Source: a virus. From it: a stretch of DNA of 64,000 bases. Within the stretch, counting starts at the first letter, position 1. Every line of letters begins with the position of its first letter. This document shows positions 19,365-29,886 of the stretch, one piece after another. The notes beneath the pieces are model-generated. The model had not been told where the DNA came from. It did not search any database and worked only from the letters and a program-made list of their open reading frames with translations. A program made the translations under genes and the position numbers. The DNA lies in the IMG/VR virus record IMGVR_UViG_3300025530_000275, positions 62,101-126,100 of that record. The stretch is one strand, 5' to 3'.

Positions 19365-20606
19365 ATGGCACGGGTAAAGATCAGTAAAATTCGTGTGTCT
19401 GACGAAGAACTGGAAGAATTGGGTATAAACAAAGACTTCTATGAGGATTGGCGTTCAGAGAACGGATTTATTAAAGTTTCCCTATCTCCTTGGGGCGCTG
19501 CAATGCTTAATGAGAGTATGGAAGATAAAATTGAGCAGAAGCGTAAGGAACTTGAAGAACTACGTAAAAAGTATTCCCAGCTTGAAGATATTAAGGAGAA
19601 GGGTTTATCTAAAAAAGAAAAGAAAAAGCTGAAGAAAGAGAAGAAGAAAAAGAAGAAGGAAAAGAAACGTCTGAAAAAACTTCCTGAATCTACGAAACTT
19701 CTTTATGGGGCTATTGAAGAATATCAAGAAAAGTTCCATAAAGATAAGAAAAAGAAAAAATATGATATTGGATTTGAAGGTTTAAGTGTTAAGGAAAAAA
19801 CTAAAAGAGATTCTAAACTGTCTGAAGAGGAAGTTGAAAAACGTAAAGAGGAGAAAGAGAGTAAAGAATTCGAAAAACGATTCGAAGAACCTCTTGCTCT
19901 AATTCGTGAAAACTTGATTGATATGACTGAGACTCTTGTTGAACTTAATGATATGATAAAGGAGACTAAAGAGTCTCGGGCTAGAAATAAGCATGTTATG
20001 CTTAAGGATCTTCTTACGACTAAGGTAAACTTATTTAATGCCAGAGCATCCAGTGCAAGATCTATGGCTGATATTCAGAGAGCCAGGGTTGATCTTGAGC
20101 TTAAGAGGGTTAAAGAGAAAGGTGCTACCGGTGATGAGAGAACCAAAAATATTGCTCTCATGAATAAACTCTTCCCTCAACTTTTGGCATCCGGCGCACT
20201 CGATAAAGGAATTGGTAAGTCTAAGAATGATGACGATGATGACTATAAGAAGGATAAGAAGAAGAAAAAGAAAAAAGTTAAAAATAGAGATAGTGAGGAA
20301 AACTTTGAGAAGAGAGTTACTAAATTGATTAAAGAGGGAGAAATTGAATTGAGCCCTCATGAGCTGGCTATAGATATGGAAGGAAAATATAAAGTTGCTA
20401 TTATGAAATCTTTTAAAACTGGCGACTGGGCCGTGGTTGCCACTGATTTGAATGGTAAAATTATTCGTGACTTTAAGGAACGATATCCAGGTCTTCTTCC
20501 TAAAAAGAAAGATTTGGACCTCAGGTGGGACGATGAAAAGGATATCGCTAAAGATAGGAAGACTGATAGAATCTTCCCGGTTATTCAAGTACCACATCTT
20601 TATTAA
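19365..20606 (+). CDS. hypothetical Lys/Glu-rich coiled-coil protein
   Basis: 413 aa ORF, GAGGAG RBS, late motif at 19314-19325. Confidence 0.75.
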   Translation: MARVKISKIRVSDEELEELGINKDFYEDWRSENGFIKVSLSPWGAAMLNESMEDKIEQKRKELEELRKKYSQLEDIKEKGLSKKEKKKLKKEKKKKKKEKKRLKKLPESTKLLYGAIEEYQEKFHKDKKKKKYDIGFEGLSVKEKTKRDSKLSEEEVEKRKEEKESKEFEKRFEEPLALIRENLIDMTETLVELNDMIKETKESRARNKHVMLKDLLTTKVNLFNARASSARSMADIQRARVDLELKRVKEKGATGDERTKNIALMNKLFPQLLASGALDKGIGKSKNDDDDDYKKDKKKKKKKVKNRDSEENFEKRVTKLIKEGEIELSPHELAIDMEGKYKVAIMKSFKTGDWAVVATDLNGKIIRDFKERYPGLLPKKKDLDLRWDDEKDIAKDRKTDRIFPVIQVPHLY

Positions 20607-20654
20607 CCAAAAAAAAAAATAAAGCTCTACAGGTATCAACCTGTAGAGCTGTTT

Positions 20655-20891
20655 TTATATTAGTCCTTGATACAGATCATGCCCGCATTCAATCTCCATC
20701 ATTTTTCTTTCTCTTCTAAGGTCCTCGTAACAATTGAGACACAGATTGCCAGTTAATTTTCCATCACCATAAATTTCATCTTTGTCACAAGAGCAAGGAT
20801 TCATAAACGGATTATTTTTTATCATACTCATTAAAAAGTGAACGATTGTCACCATCAGTAGAATATATACCTTGATTAGAACGTGCTTCAT
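20655..20891 (-). CDS. small Cys-rich hypothetical protein
   Basis: CSCD...CLNC; overlaps upstream ORF, start uncertain. Confidence 0.45.
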   Translation of the reverse strand: MKHVLIKVYILLMVTIVHFLMSMIKNNPFMNPCSCDKDEIYGDGKLTGNLCLNCYEDLRRERKMMEIECGHDLYQGLI

Positions 20892-20997
20892 TATAAGGTT
20901 CTTCCATGTCTATTTCACAGGAAATACACATACCATTCTTGAGTTCATCAGTGTATTCACCACAGACAGTACACCTATCAACAAAAATCTTACCCAT
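20812..20997 (-). CDS. small zinc-ribbon-like protein
   Basis: MGKIFVDRCTVC...CISC; AAGGAGG RBS before ATG 20997. Confidence 0.6.
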   Translation of the reverse strand: MGKIFVDRCTVCGEYTDELKNGMCISCEIDMEEPYNEARSNQGIYSTDGDNRSLFNEYDKK

Positions 20998-21016
20998 TTT
21001 ATCCTCCTTAATACAA

Positions 21017-21280
21017 TTAATCAGCCAACCAAGGATACCAGGTTCCTTGGTCAACTTTATAATTAAATGTCTTGAAAGAGATACCGTAACGCTCACGGAT
21101 TTTGAAATATTGAAAATATATTCGACGTTTTTTCAAAACTTCAAGTCGTTCACGTCTTTCCTTTATTCTTTCTTTCAAATCTTCTACTGCCTGCAAATAA
21201 TGTTCATCAATGAATTCCTCATTTTCTTCTTCCACAATTTGTTTATGAAAAATATTTTTCACTTTATCCAAAAGTTTCAT
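21017..21280 (-). CDS. hypothetical protein
   Basis: 87 aa, GGAGG RBS. Confidence 0.65.
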   Translation of the reverse strand: MKLLDKVKNIFHKQIVEEENEEFIDEHYLQAVEDLKERIKERRERLEVLKKRRIYFQYFKIRERYGISFKTFNYKVDQGTWYPWLAD

Positions 21281-21346
21281 AATTATCTACCTCCATGAAA
21301 AAATAAAGGAACACAGAAAAATTTATTCTGTATTCCTATTTAGAAG

Positions 21347-21574
21347 TCAGGTATTCAAAGTGTTTTCATTTTTCATTTTTTTATACTCTTCCAAGTCATC
21401 AAAAACTGCGACCACGAGTTCATGATATGCTTTAACCGGACATTTATCGCAGTCCAGTTTAATTCCTCTTGATGAACAAATGTGGCATGAAGTATTGAAA
21501 TTTTTCACTGCTTCTTCCTTCGTGTTGGCCATATCCTGATGAATTTTAGACAATTGAACAAACTTTTCTTTCAT
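21347..21574 (-). CDS. small Cys-rich hypothetical protein
   Basis: CHIC...CDKCP; GAGGTG RBS. Confidence 0.65.
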   Translation of the reverse strand: MKEKFVQLSKIHQDMANTKEEAVKNFNTSCHICSSRGIKLDCDKCPVKAYHELVVAVFDDLEEYKKMKNENTLNT

Positions 21575-21586
21575 AATAAATCACCT

Positions 21587-21982
21587 CTATAAAAATAGTT
21601 TGAATGACACAATAATTCTCTCTTCGAACTTTTTTTGAAAAGTCGGGTATTGACAAATAGCAATATTTACCTTCTTGTTATATCGACCCACTAGAAGCTT
21701 TACTTTATGTATTTTATTCATATGATTAAACTCCTGAGTAGGATCGAATATAAATCCTGCAATATTTTTTGTCATGACGACTTTTGATTCATAAAGTTGT
21801 AACGAATAAAGCATGTAAGGATGATGTAAGAATAATGGACAGATTAGACCACTCTTCATGGTTAAATAACCATGAACTTGAATATAACATCTGCTACTCC
21901 TATCATACAATATAAGACCAGGAACAATACTTTTTATTAGATTATCAGTATCACCTCTAGTTTTTAACATATTTTTAATCAC
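21587..21982 (-). CDS. hypothetical early protein
   Basis: ORF directly downstream of early motif 22000. Confidence 0.6.
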   Translation of the reverse strand: MIKNMLKTRGDTDNLIKSIVPGLILYDRSSRCYIQVHGYLTMKSGLICPLFLHHPYMLYSLQLYESKVVMTKNIAGFIFDPTQEFNHMNKIHKVKLLVGRYNKKVNIAICQYPTFQKKFEERIIVSFKLFL

Positions 21983-22065
21983 CTCCTCTATCTCAGTTAA
22001 ATAATATATAATTGAATAGTATTATACTTACAGAAAAAAGGCGGTATGGGAATTACCCATACCGC

Positions 22066-24792
22066 TTATACTATTTTAATCATATTATCAGGATCAAAAT
22101 TATCAATACCATGACCAGGAAATAGTATGAAACATACAGAATCTTTATAGTTTTCATAATACTGTCTTGCATGAGTTATCATAAATACTTGCGTAATTCC
22201 TATACGCTTAATTTGCTTCATGAGAATATTACAATAAACGGACTTATTATACTCAGAGAATCCACCATCCACTTCATCAAGAGCCAGAATACCATATGAT
22301 GCAATAACTTGCTCAATAAGTGCCATTGACAGACATGTTGATATGAATGCTCTCTCTGAGGTGGATGCATCAGATATATCATCTCCAGTCTCTCCATTAT
22401 GAGTAAATGGAATTGTAAACTCATTCTCATCAATAATGAATGGATGAAGATGTAATGTACCATCAAAAGTTTCACTCAATAATACATTTGCAGTTTTTCT
22501 AATTTCATCTACATACATATTCAAGAGACTTACTGCCATACCTTTATTAGTAGATAGAGCTTTCTTTATAAGAGAAAGGACTTTAAGATTTTCTTCTAGA
22601 ACTTCTTTTTCCATATTAAATTCTTTAATTTTGATTTCTTGATATTTATATTTATCTCTCTCTTGAGTAAGAGGCTTCAACTTATGTTCAATAATTTTGA
22701 GTTTTTGCTTTCTTTCATCAATTTTTTCATGAAGTTCATTGATTCTATTAATATCACTTTTAATCTTATCAAATCTATCAGATAGTTTGATTATTTCATC
22801 TTTACCTTCCTGAAGCTTGATAAACATTTCTCTAGCATCTGTCAACACTTGTTCTCTTTCTTTAAGAACTTCAAATAGTTCCTCCATTTCTTCAAGTTGT
22901 TTATCTTCTACCTTTATTTCTTCCATAAGGGATTCATACTTTTCAGTAAGTTTCTTTAAGTCGGATTTAATTGAATCCACCATATTCTTATTAGAATCGA
23001 ACTTTTCAAGCTCCATTTTTATCTTCGGAATTTTAATATTCTTGATTTCCTCATATTCAGCTTTATCTTGTAAGATTTCAATAAGATCATAATAATCATT
23101 CTCTACCGGCTCTATGGTTTTATACTTTTCCAATATTTTTAAAAGTTTTTCCTCGGTAGAAAATGAACTGTTGAATGGTAGCTTAGAGATAAGATAATAT
23201 TGACTTCTATAAATATTTACAAGATTCTCGACTTTAGCCTTCACTGTAATCATTTCAGCATATCTCTCAACCTTATCAACAAGATCATTATATTCTTTAT
23301 TAATTTCCCCAAGCTCGGATTCAAATTGTTTAATTTTCCTGTCAATCTGAACCCATTTGTGGTAATCTTGAAGGAATTCACATGAATCAATAGTGCAATC
23401 TTTTGGCCTCTTTGATATACTTTCTTTTAAGTACTCATAAGCTGAAAGTTTTGTTATGTTAGAAGTTAAATTATCTACTCGCTCTTTAATCTTATCATGC
23501 TTTTCTTTGGTTTGAATGTACTTTTCTTCAAGTTTATTTGTAAATATAGATTCAATAGACTCCTTCAATACTGAAGGGCTATCACAATTATTATATATAT
23601 CAATCATAAATTCTCTTAACGATTCTATTACATTTATACCCTGCTTTAAATCTTCTGCTGTTAATGAACTATTCAACTTTTTAGTTCTAGAGTCAAATTT
23701 TTCGATGGCTTCTTCATATTCTCTCAATAGTTTTACCAAATCCGATTTAGATAAATCACCAGATATCTGATTGAGAAATAATTCTTTCTCACTTATTTGA
23801 TCATATAAAGTAGACTTCATATATTTCTTAGAATTAAGTCTGGATCTTAGATCTACAAGCTCTCCCCAGATTTTATTTTTTAAGGCGGTAATTTCTTTAA
23901 GCTTCTTATCACATTCACTAAGAGTTTCAATATTGAAATCTTTTCGAATAACTTCAATTTTTGATAATATTTTCTCTTGAGTTTTCTCAAGGTCTTTTAA
24001 ATTAGACTTAATTTCTTTATACTCGGATTCCAATTTCCCTTCCGGATCAATAGAATCCAGCTCGGCTTTAAATTTGTTTAGCTTTCCTATAGTTTTATCA
24101 CGCTTTGCTACAAGTTCATTTGTCAAAGATTCTATTTCAGACAGTTTTTCTTTTACAGTAATCTCATCGTCCATTTTACCAAGTTTATCTGTAATAGACG
24201 TTAACAGAGATTTAACGTCTCTATATTTTTTATCAATTATTTTCTGATAAACTTGAGTGTCGTCTGCTTTAGGAATAAATTTATAGATATGATTTTTACG
24301 GTTGGCTCCGGTCATTTTGACTAAACCGACCATGTCTTCATTTTGAGTAGAAAGTCTCAGGAAATCTTCATCAATTCCAAATTCTTGTTCAACTGCTACA
24401 AGAAATGATGAAACATTCCCATTTGGATTAAGATCTTTTTCTACCCCATTCTCAATCTTAAAGATATAAGATTTAGTAGAATGAGATCCTGATTTATTTG
24501 GAATGTATACGTGCTTTATTTTTATCTGTTTTTCTTCGTCATAGATATCTTCATAAATTAAAAGTTTGTATCCTTCTTTTCCTTTTCTAATAAATTTATC
24601 CCTATTATCAGTAGTGCCAGAAAATGGGTGAAGGATTGATAATAGTGTAGATTTTCCTTTAGCATTTGGACCAAGAATAATAAATATGGATTTATCTCTA
24701 AATTCCTCTAAATTCAGAGAAACTGTCTTCTTTCCTAATCCATTATATAATCCAATAAAATTATGTGCTTCAAAATATCTTAATCTATACAA
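22066..24792 (-). CDS. sbcC: SbcC/Rad50-like SMC-family ATPase
   Basis: Walker A GPNAKGKST, long coiled coil with central CxxxxC, degenerate signature ASTSE, Walker B LDEVDG, ITH. Confidence 0.9.
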   Translation of the reverse strand: MYRLRYFEAHNFIGLYNGLGKKTVSLNLEEFRDKSIFIILGPNAKGKSTLLSILHPFSGTTDNRDKFIRKGKEGYKLLIYEDIYDEEKQIKIKHVYIPNKSGSHSTKSYIFKIENGVEKDLNPNGNVSSFLVAVEQEFGIDEDFLRLSTQNEDMVGLVKMTGANRKNHIYKFIPKADDTQVYQKIIDKKYRDVKSLLTSITDKLGKMDDEITVKEKLSEIESLTNELVAKRDKTIGKLNKFKAELDSIDPEGKLESEYKEIKSNLKDLEKTQEKILSKIEVIRKDFNIETLSECDKKLKEITALKNKIWGELVDLRSRLNSKKYMKSTLYDQISEKELFLNQISGDLSKSDLVKLLREYEEAIEKFDSRTKKLNSSLTAEDLKQGINVIESLREFMIDIYNNCDSPSVLKESIESIFTNKLEEKYIQTKEKHDKIKERVDNLTSNITKLSAYEYLKESISKRPKDCTIDSCEFLQDYHKWVQIDRKIKQFESELGEINKEYNDLVDKVERYAEMITVKAKVENLVNIYRSQYYLISKLPFNSSFSTEEKLLKILEKYKTIEPVENDYYDLIEILQDKAEYEEIKNIKIPKIKMELEKFDSNKNMVDSIKSDLKKLTEKYESLMEEIKVEDKQLEEMEELFEVLKEREQVLTDAREMFIKLQEGKDEIIKLSDRFDKIKSDINRINELHEKIDERKQKLKIIEHKLKPLTQERDKYKYQEIKIKEFNMEKEVLEENLKVLSLIKKALSTNKGMAVSLLNMYVDEIRKTANVLLSETFDGTLHLHPFIIDENEFTIPFTHNGETGDDISDASTSERAFISTCLSMALIEQVIASYGILALDEVDGGFSEYNKSVYCNILMKQIKRIGITQVFMITHARQYYENYKDSVCFILFPGHGIDNFDPDNMIKIV

Positions 24793-24837
24793 ATATAATT
24801 CATCCTCCCCATTGTGAGATATTTATAAGAATAAGAG

Positions 24838-25158
24838 TTAATTCTTTTTCAATTTTGCTTTCAAATCCCTACATGCAAATTCATCAGCAGTATAAACATC
24901 AATTCCCTCATTATAATAATTAAACCCAAGGACATCATCTATTAATTTTTGGAAATGTTTCCGCAAATTCTGATATTGTAATAGAGATATTTTATCATGT
25001 CGATTATTCCATCGTTCAATTACTTCTTCTTCTGTGTTTGCAAACATTGTTACAGTACAATTCTGACATTTAATAATTATCTTATTAATGTGAATCGGTT
25101 GAGAACCGCAAAACGGACATGGAGTTATGATTTTCATAACGTCTTCCCTCTTTTGCAA
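24838..25158 (-). CDS. Lar-family (restriction alleviation-like) Zn-finger protein
   Basis: PCPFCG...CQNC...EEVIERWNNR pattern. Confidence 0.7.
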   Translation of the reverse strand: MQKREDVMKIITPCPFCGSQPIHINKIIIKCQNCTVTMFANTEEEVIERWNNRHDKISLLQYQNLRKHFQKLIDDVLGFNYYNEGIDVYTADEFACRDLKAKLKKN

Positions 25159-25328
25159 TTTTTACATATTTCTCGCATATCATGTCACTCACTTTATCAT
25201 CTTAATAATCTAATAAAAAGTTCTTTATAAAATACATTTTCGTTTACCTATGTAAATAATATATACCTTATATAATAGTAAGATTATAGGGGATTGAAGA
25301 AAAAAAAATAAGCTAGCGGGTAGCTAGC

Positions 25329-26279
25329 TTATTTAAAATGCTTCTCAACGAATTTCAGCCTTCTGTCCCAATTGGGATGGGTTGAGAAAATATCCAGAGA
25401 TCTTACGTTGCCGAAAAATGCCAAAGTTGCGTTTTCTACCTTCGGATTTTCAATATTTTTGAATTCGTTTATTAGTTTAGTATATCTATCTAAGCCTACA
25501 ACCTTTGCAGCAAAAAGATCGGCTCTGAACTCCCTACGTCTAGAATAGGTGAGAGAAATTAATTTGAGGAGCCACATCACCACAATGTCCATAATGATGC
25601 CGACAATGAAATATATTGCATTCGAAAGATTGATTCCAAGATATTCTTCAATGGCTGTAGTGATAGGATATAGTACAATTTTAATGGGCAGAGTAAGTAG
25701 CGTAGTTGTTGCCACAAGGAAGAGATCCAAAAATGTTTGATTTCTCATGTCTCCGTTTACAATATGCCCCATTTCATGGGCTATAACTGCGAGCGCGGCA
25801 TCCTCAGACATATTTTCAAGGAAGGCAGATGTGATTACAATAAGACCCTTATTTCTTGTAGGCCCTATAGCATACGCATTAACCTCATCGGTTTCTTCAA
25901 TAGCTACTCTTGGGATATTGATTCTCAATTTGTCCGCCATTTCGACGATATACAGATATAGTTTCTTTTCGTATTCACTACCTATGAAACTACCATCTTC
26001 TGCGAATCCAATTTGTCTAACATTTTCTTTTTCCAAATACCTGTCTCTATGTGTGAAAAGATTGAAAAGAGTAATGATAAATTGAAATATCAGAATACCT
26101 GGAATTACATATAATAAAGCTCCGGCAGATACAATAGTTAAAGTCGTGAATGTAGACATAATCAAAAGAGTGATTATAACCGTGAATCTCCATCTACCTT
26201 TGCCGACTTTGATGTCATCCTTCGAGAAATCTAATCTCTCCGGATATTCCTTTCCAAGAATGTTTATCATAGTAATCAA
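25329..26279 (-). CDS. htpX: HtpX-like membrane zinc metalloprotease (M48)
   Basis: NAYA, AHEMGH, SRRREFRAD, STHP motifs with transmembrane segments. Confidence 0.9.
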   Translation of the reverse strand: MITMINILGKEYPERLDFSKDDIKVGKGRWRFTVIITLLIMSTFTTLTIVSAGALLYVIPGILIFQFIITLFNLFTHRDRYLEKENVRQIGFAEDGSFIGSEYEKKLYLYIVEMADKLRINIPRVAIEETDEVNAYAIGPTRNKGLIVITSAFLENMSEDAALAVIAHEMGHIVNGDMRNQTFLDLFLVATTTLLTLPIKIVLYPITTAIEEYLGINLSNAIYFIVGIIMDIVVMWLLKLISLTYSRRREFRADLFAAKVVGLDRYTKLINEFKNIENPKVENATLAFFGNVRSLDIFSTHPNWDRRLKFVEKHFK

Positions 26280-26378
26280 CTCCTTTAAATTAAAATTTTT
26301 TATGTGTAAGACTTAATACAAGGAACATAGAAAAAAATAAGGGGAAGGATTTTTGAGCCTCCCCCTTATACTGAATTA

Positions 26379-26828
26379 TTACATCGGGTATTTGTCGCTG
26401 AATTTTTCGAGCTTGGCGTTGATTTTTTCGATGAGCTTTTTTCCGTCTTCGATGAGGTCGGAAAAATGATGTTTAATCACCGGCCATACGATGTTCATGA
26501 CAACCTTTTTAACAAAGCCGTAATTTTTCTCGACCACATCTTTGTGACGATCGGCGAAGTCTGCAATCTCCATGGATATGTCGCAGAAAAGTTCGAGCGA
26601 GTCCGAGATGAACTCATCCGAATACTCGATGTGGACGTTGTCTCCCTCCAACCACAATTTGCAAACAGGGCTTTCAATCGTTTCGTCCGGCCCCAACAGT
26701 TTGTCAATCTCGAAGTTTGCCTCAACGAGCTCATCAATGTACATGTCTTCGATGCCCAGCTTCGTAAAAACTTTGTTCATAGATGCAAAGAAATTTTTGA
26801 AGTGTTCTTTCTTGATAGTAACGATCAT
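26379..26828 (-). CDS. hypothetical protein, GC-elevated
   Basis: 149 aa, AAGGAG RBS, C/G-ending codons unlike neighbours. Confidence 0.75.
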   Translation of the reverse strand: MIVTIKKEHFKNFFASMNKVFTKLGIEDMYIDELVEANFEIDKLLGPDETIESPVCKLWLEGDNVHIEYSDEFISDSLELFCDISMEIADFADRHKDVVEKNYGFVKKVVMNIVWPVIKHHFSDLIEDGKKLIEKINAKLEKFSDKYPM

Positions 26829-26862
26829 AGGTAAAACATCTCCTTTAAATTAAAATTTTTAG

Positions 26863-27030
26863 TAGAAGATTATGAGAATCATTGTGAGCAGAACATCAAC
26901 TTGATACAAAGGAACATAGAAAAAGTTTCATTCAAACATTTTTTAATCCTCCTTCTATCTTTATTCATTACAATAATATATAATCTCAAGGCTTCCTACT
27001 TGCACCAGTTATAGTCTTCAATAAGAGGCC
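26863..27030. repeat. internally deleted duplicate of the 27058 gene plus its promoter
   Basis: Three blocks match ~27095-27132, ~27227-27254 and ~27348-27447. Confidence 0.85.
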
Positions 27031-27057
27031 ATAAATATTTTGTGATATTAGCGAGAA

Positions 27058-27354
27058 TTACATTGCATCAAGCCAATTGTTACAGGCACCGATGTAGAAG
27101 ATTATGAGAATCATTGCGAGCAGAACATCAATTTGTGCAAACCTTCTTAAAAATTTCCTAGCAAGAGTCTCTTCTTCGTTAAATTCCACGTATACCACAA
27201 TTGCCATTTCAATGATAATCATTCCAAATACAAGGAACATAGAGAAAGTTTCATTAATAGGATTAAATCTGTTGAAAATTAACATGAATCCGAGAGTGAT
27301 TAGTAAAACATAGTTGAATTTGAAATACATGTTTCTAATGACTCGTGCAAACAT
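27058..27354 (-). CDS. small early membrane protein (three TM segments)
   Basis: Hydrophobic 98 aa; AGGAGG RBS; early motif at 27387. Confidence 0.75.
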   Translation of the reverse strand: MFARVIRNMYFKFNYVLLITLGFMLIFNRFNPINETFSMFLVFGMIIIEMAIVVYVEFNEEETLARKFLRRFAQIDVLLAMILIIFYIGACNNWLDAM

Positions 27355-27636
27355 TTTTTAATCCTCCTTCTATCTTTATTCATTACAATAATATATAACC
27401 TCAATGCTCTCTACTTGCACCAGTTATAGTCTTCAATAAGAAGCCATTTATGCTTAATATTCAAAAAGAAGAAGAGATAAAATAACCGTTTCAATGCTTC
27501 AAGAAAAAGTATTAGAAGGAAAAAATGAATATGAGATAATAAATTTTATCAAAAAATAATAAAAGTGTAAAAGGGAGCAGACCCATTTGGGCTGCTCCCT
27601 CATTTTATTTATATCAAATTACTCAAGGTATAATTT

Positions 27637-29052
27637 TTATGATAGCAACGAAAATTCAACATCTGCATTGTCCTTTTTGACTATTTTTATATAACCGATG
27701 GATTCTTCTTCGTCATCCACTATATCATCAAAATCAGGACTTTCGTTATTATCAATAGGCTGAGGTTGAAATCTCATATCGTTGCGACTTTTAATATAAT
27801 TCATATTTGCTTCAAAATGTCTCTCTTTATCACCTTTTATCTTAGAGGAGGAAATTTTAATAGCTTCCTCAATACTCATTTTAGGATTGTTTGCGAGTAT
27901 ATACTTAGTAGAAGTAATAATTTCTTTCAATGATGCCATTGGCAGTCCTTTAGTATATTTGGCAAACAATTTACTTATATTTTCTTTAGTATCAAAGACC
28001 TCATTAAGATTCTTACTTTCAAAGAAAAGCAATCTAGTCTTATATGACGGGTTGTCAATTTTATAAGTTCTATCAAATCTACCTGAGCGATTCACAAACG
28101 CTGGATCGATTCTTTCAGGATAGTTTGTAGTTCCTATTATATATGACCCGGATTTCACATCAATGCCATCTAAAAGATTAAGAAATTCGGAACGGTTCTC
28201 AGTGTTAATAAGAGAATCCATATCTTCAATAATGATAATAGCTGATCTCCCATTTAATGCCCTAAGTAAAGATGATAATACATGAGTTATATCAAATGAT
28301 ATATTCGGATTTATTACAATCTTACTTACTTTTTCCCCAATACGTCGAATTATTTCTCTAATCAATGCAGATTTTCCTGTACCGGGGGGTCCATGTAATA
28401 TAGCTCCTCTTTTATAGGGGATGTCCATCTTCTTGTACAAATCTTTAGTTTCTTCGGAGAAGAATGAAGTTATATCGTTAATTACTTCACTTAGTATAGA
28501 TTTCTCTTCGAAAACCAGATTTTCATCAGATACACGTTTCTTTATAACATCGACCGGTTTATCAGATTTGCTACCGGCTTTAGATATTTCAATATATTCA
28601 CTAGGTTTACATTTAAAATCAATATCATTAAAGATATTGACCTGAGAAAAATCTTGTTGCAGGATAGGTTTAACGATCTTTGCAAATTTCTTCAATTTCT
28701 TGATATCGATCATAAATATGCAATAGAATGCATATTCATATACAGAATATATCATTGCAGTATTCAATTTTTTCGATATCGCAATTCTTTGAAACCGTTT
28801 GAAATCACTTATAAGTTCAAAGCTTCCGATAGGTCTAGTTGGTGGAAATAGCTTATGATAATCATATACATTTCCAATGTCCTTGAACTTACCCGCTTTT
28901 AATAACTGAGTTATAATAGTTGGATTATAGACATACATTGTACTAATCTGATAACGTTTAATGTTAAGCCTATTTTTGGGCTTAACTTTCTCTGTAACAA
29001 GCGTGTACAGAGCTTGTTCAATTGCCGGATCAAAAAATGACACTCGTATCAA
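27637..29052 (-). CDS. AAA+ ATPase
   Basis: GPPGTGKS, IIIEDMD, TTNYPERIDPAFVNRSGRFD. Confidence 0.92.
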   Translation of the reverse strand: MIRVSFFDPAIEQALYTLVTEKVKPKNRLNIKRYQISTMYVYNPTIITQLLKAGKFKDIGNVYDYHKLFPPTRPIGSFELISDFKRFQRIAISKKLNTAMIYSVYEYAFYCIFMIDIKKLKKFAKIVKPILQQDFSQVNIFNDIDFKCKPSEYIEISKAGSKSDKPVDVIKKRVSDENLVFEEKSILSEVINDITSFFSEETKDLYKKMDIPYKRGAILHGPPGTGKSALIREIIRRIGEKVSKIVINPNISFDITHVLSSLLRALNGRSAIIIIEDMDSLINTENRSEFLNLLDGIDVKSGSYIIGTTNYPERIDPAFVNRSGRFDRTYKIDNPSYKTRLLFFESKNLNEVFDTKENISKLFAKYTKGLPMASLKEIITSTKYILANNPKMSIEEAIKISSSKIKGDKERHFEANMNYIKSRNDMRFQPQPIDNNESPDFDDIVDDEEESIGYIKIVKKDNADVEFSLLS

Positions 29053-29130
29053 ACCTCTCCTCTTCCCTAAATTAACCTATAAGGGTTATGGGATTGATGT
29101 TCCCATAACCCTCTTGAATCCACACTATTC

Positions 29131-29862
29131 TTAAAGAAGCCTTTCCAGATCCTCAGGAGTTGATATAATTTCAATATTTTTATCGTTGATCGGGAAGTGT
29201 TCATCATTGAATACAAGAATAGCCTTCCCTTCTTTAGAGATCGGATCTTTAGCCGTTTGTTTATCAAATATCAATATACCATAATTGAAATCAAACAGAT
29301 TCGCATATTCATCAAGTTTAAAGAAAGTGAGAGTACTTCCTTTTTCTAAAGCTTTCTTCGTATTCGCTCTATCCCAGTTTTTCTCCAACCTATTAAGATA
29401 TTGAGCGAGATCAATTTGCTTAGAAATCAGTGCCAGTCTAACTGCTTTTATTCCCGTGTCATCATTTTCTTTGATTTCGGGTTCGAATACATTGCCAGCA
29501 CTTTTGAGTTCTTCGATAGGAACTTCATTCAGATATTCATTGAGCTTTTCTTTGATAGTTTCAGGAGTAATTTCAAAAATCCTCGAAATGTGATATATTT
29601 TCCGTTCTTTCTCATTCCGAGGATAAACAACAACTACCCGTTCATCTTTGTCAAGATAGACGCCGGGCTCAATTGAATTTTTCTTATATCTCCCCATATA
29701 AGGAAATACATATGGGTAGCTTATAGAAATATTTCCTTTACCACCTCCAAATACATAGGCGTTACCAAGTTCCAGTTCATCAACTTCTCTGAAATTATAG
29801 ACTCGGTACATATATTCGCCTATTTTTATTATCTTATTTGATAGGGTATTTCGGTTACTCAT
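29131..29862 (-). CDS. conserved jumbo-phage hypothetical protein (possible HTH-like C-domain)
   Basis: 243 aa ORF in an early operon. Confidence 0.65.
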   Translation of the reverse strand: MSNRNTLSNKIIKIGEYMYRVYNFREVDELELGNAYVFGGGKGNISISYPYVFPYMGRYKKNSIEPGVYLDKDERVVVVYPRNEKERKIYHISRIFEITPETIKEKLNEYLNEVPIEELKSAGNVFEPEIKENDDTGIKAVRLALISKQIDLAQYLNRLEKNWDRANTKKALEKGSTLTFFKLDEYANLFDFNYGILIFDKQTAKDPISKEGKAILVFNDEHFPINDKNIEIISTPEDLERLL

Positions 29863-29886
29863 GCCAATTCATCCTTTCTCTTAAAA

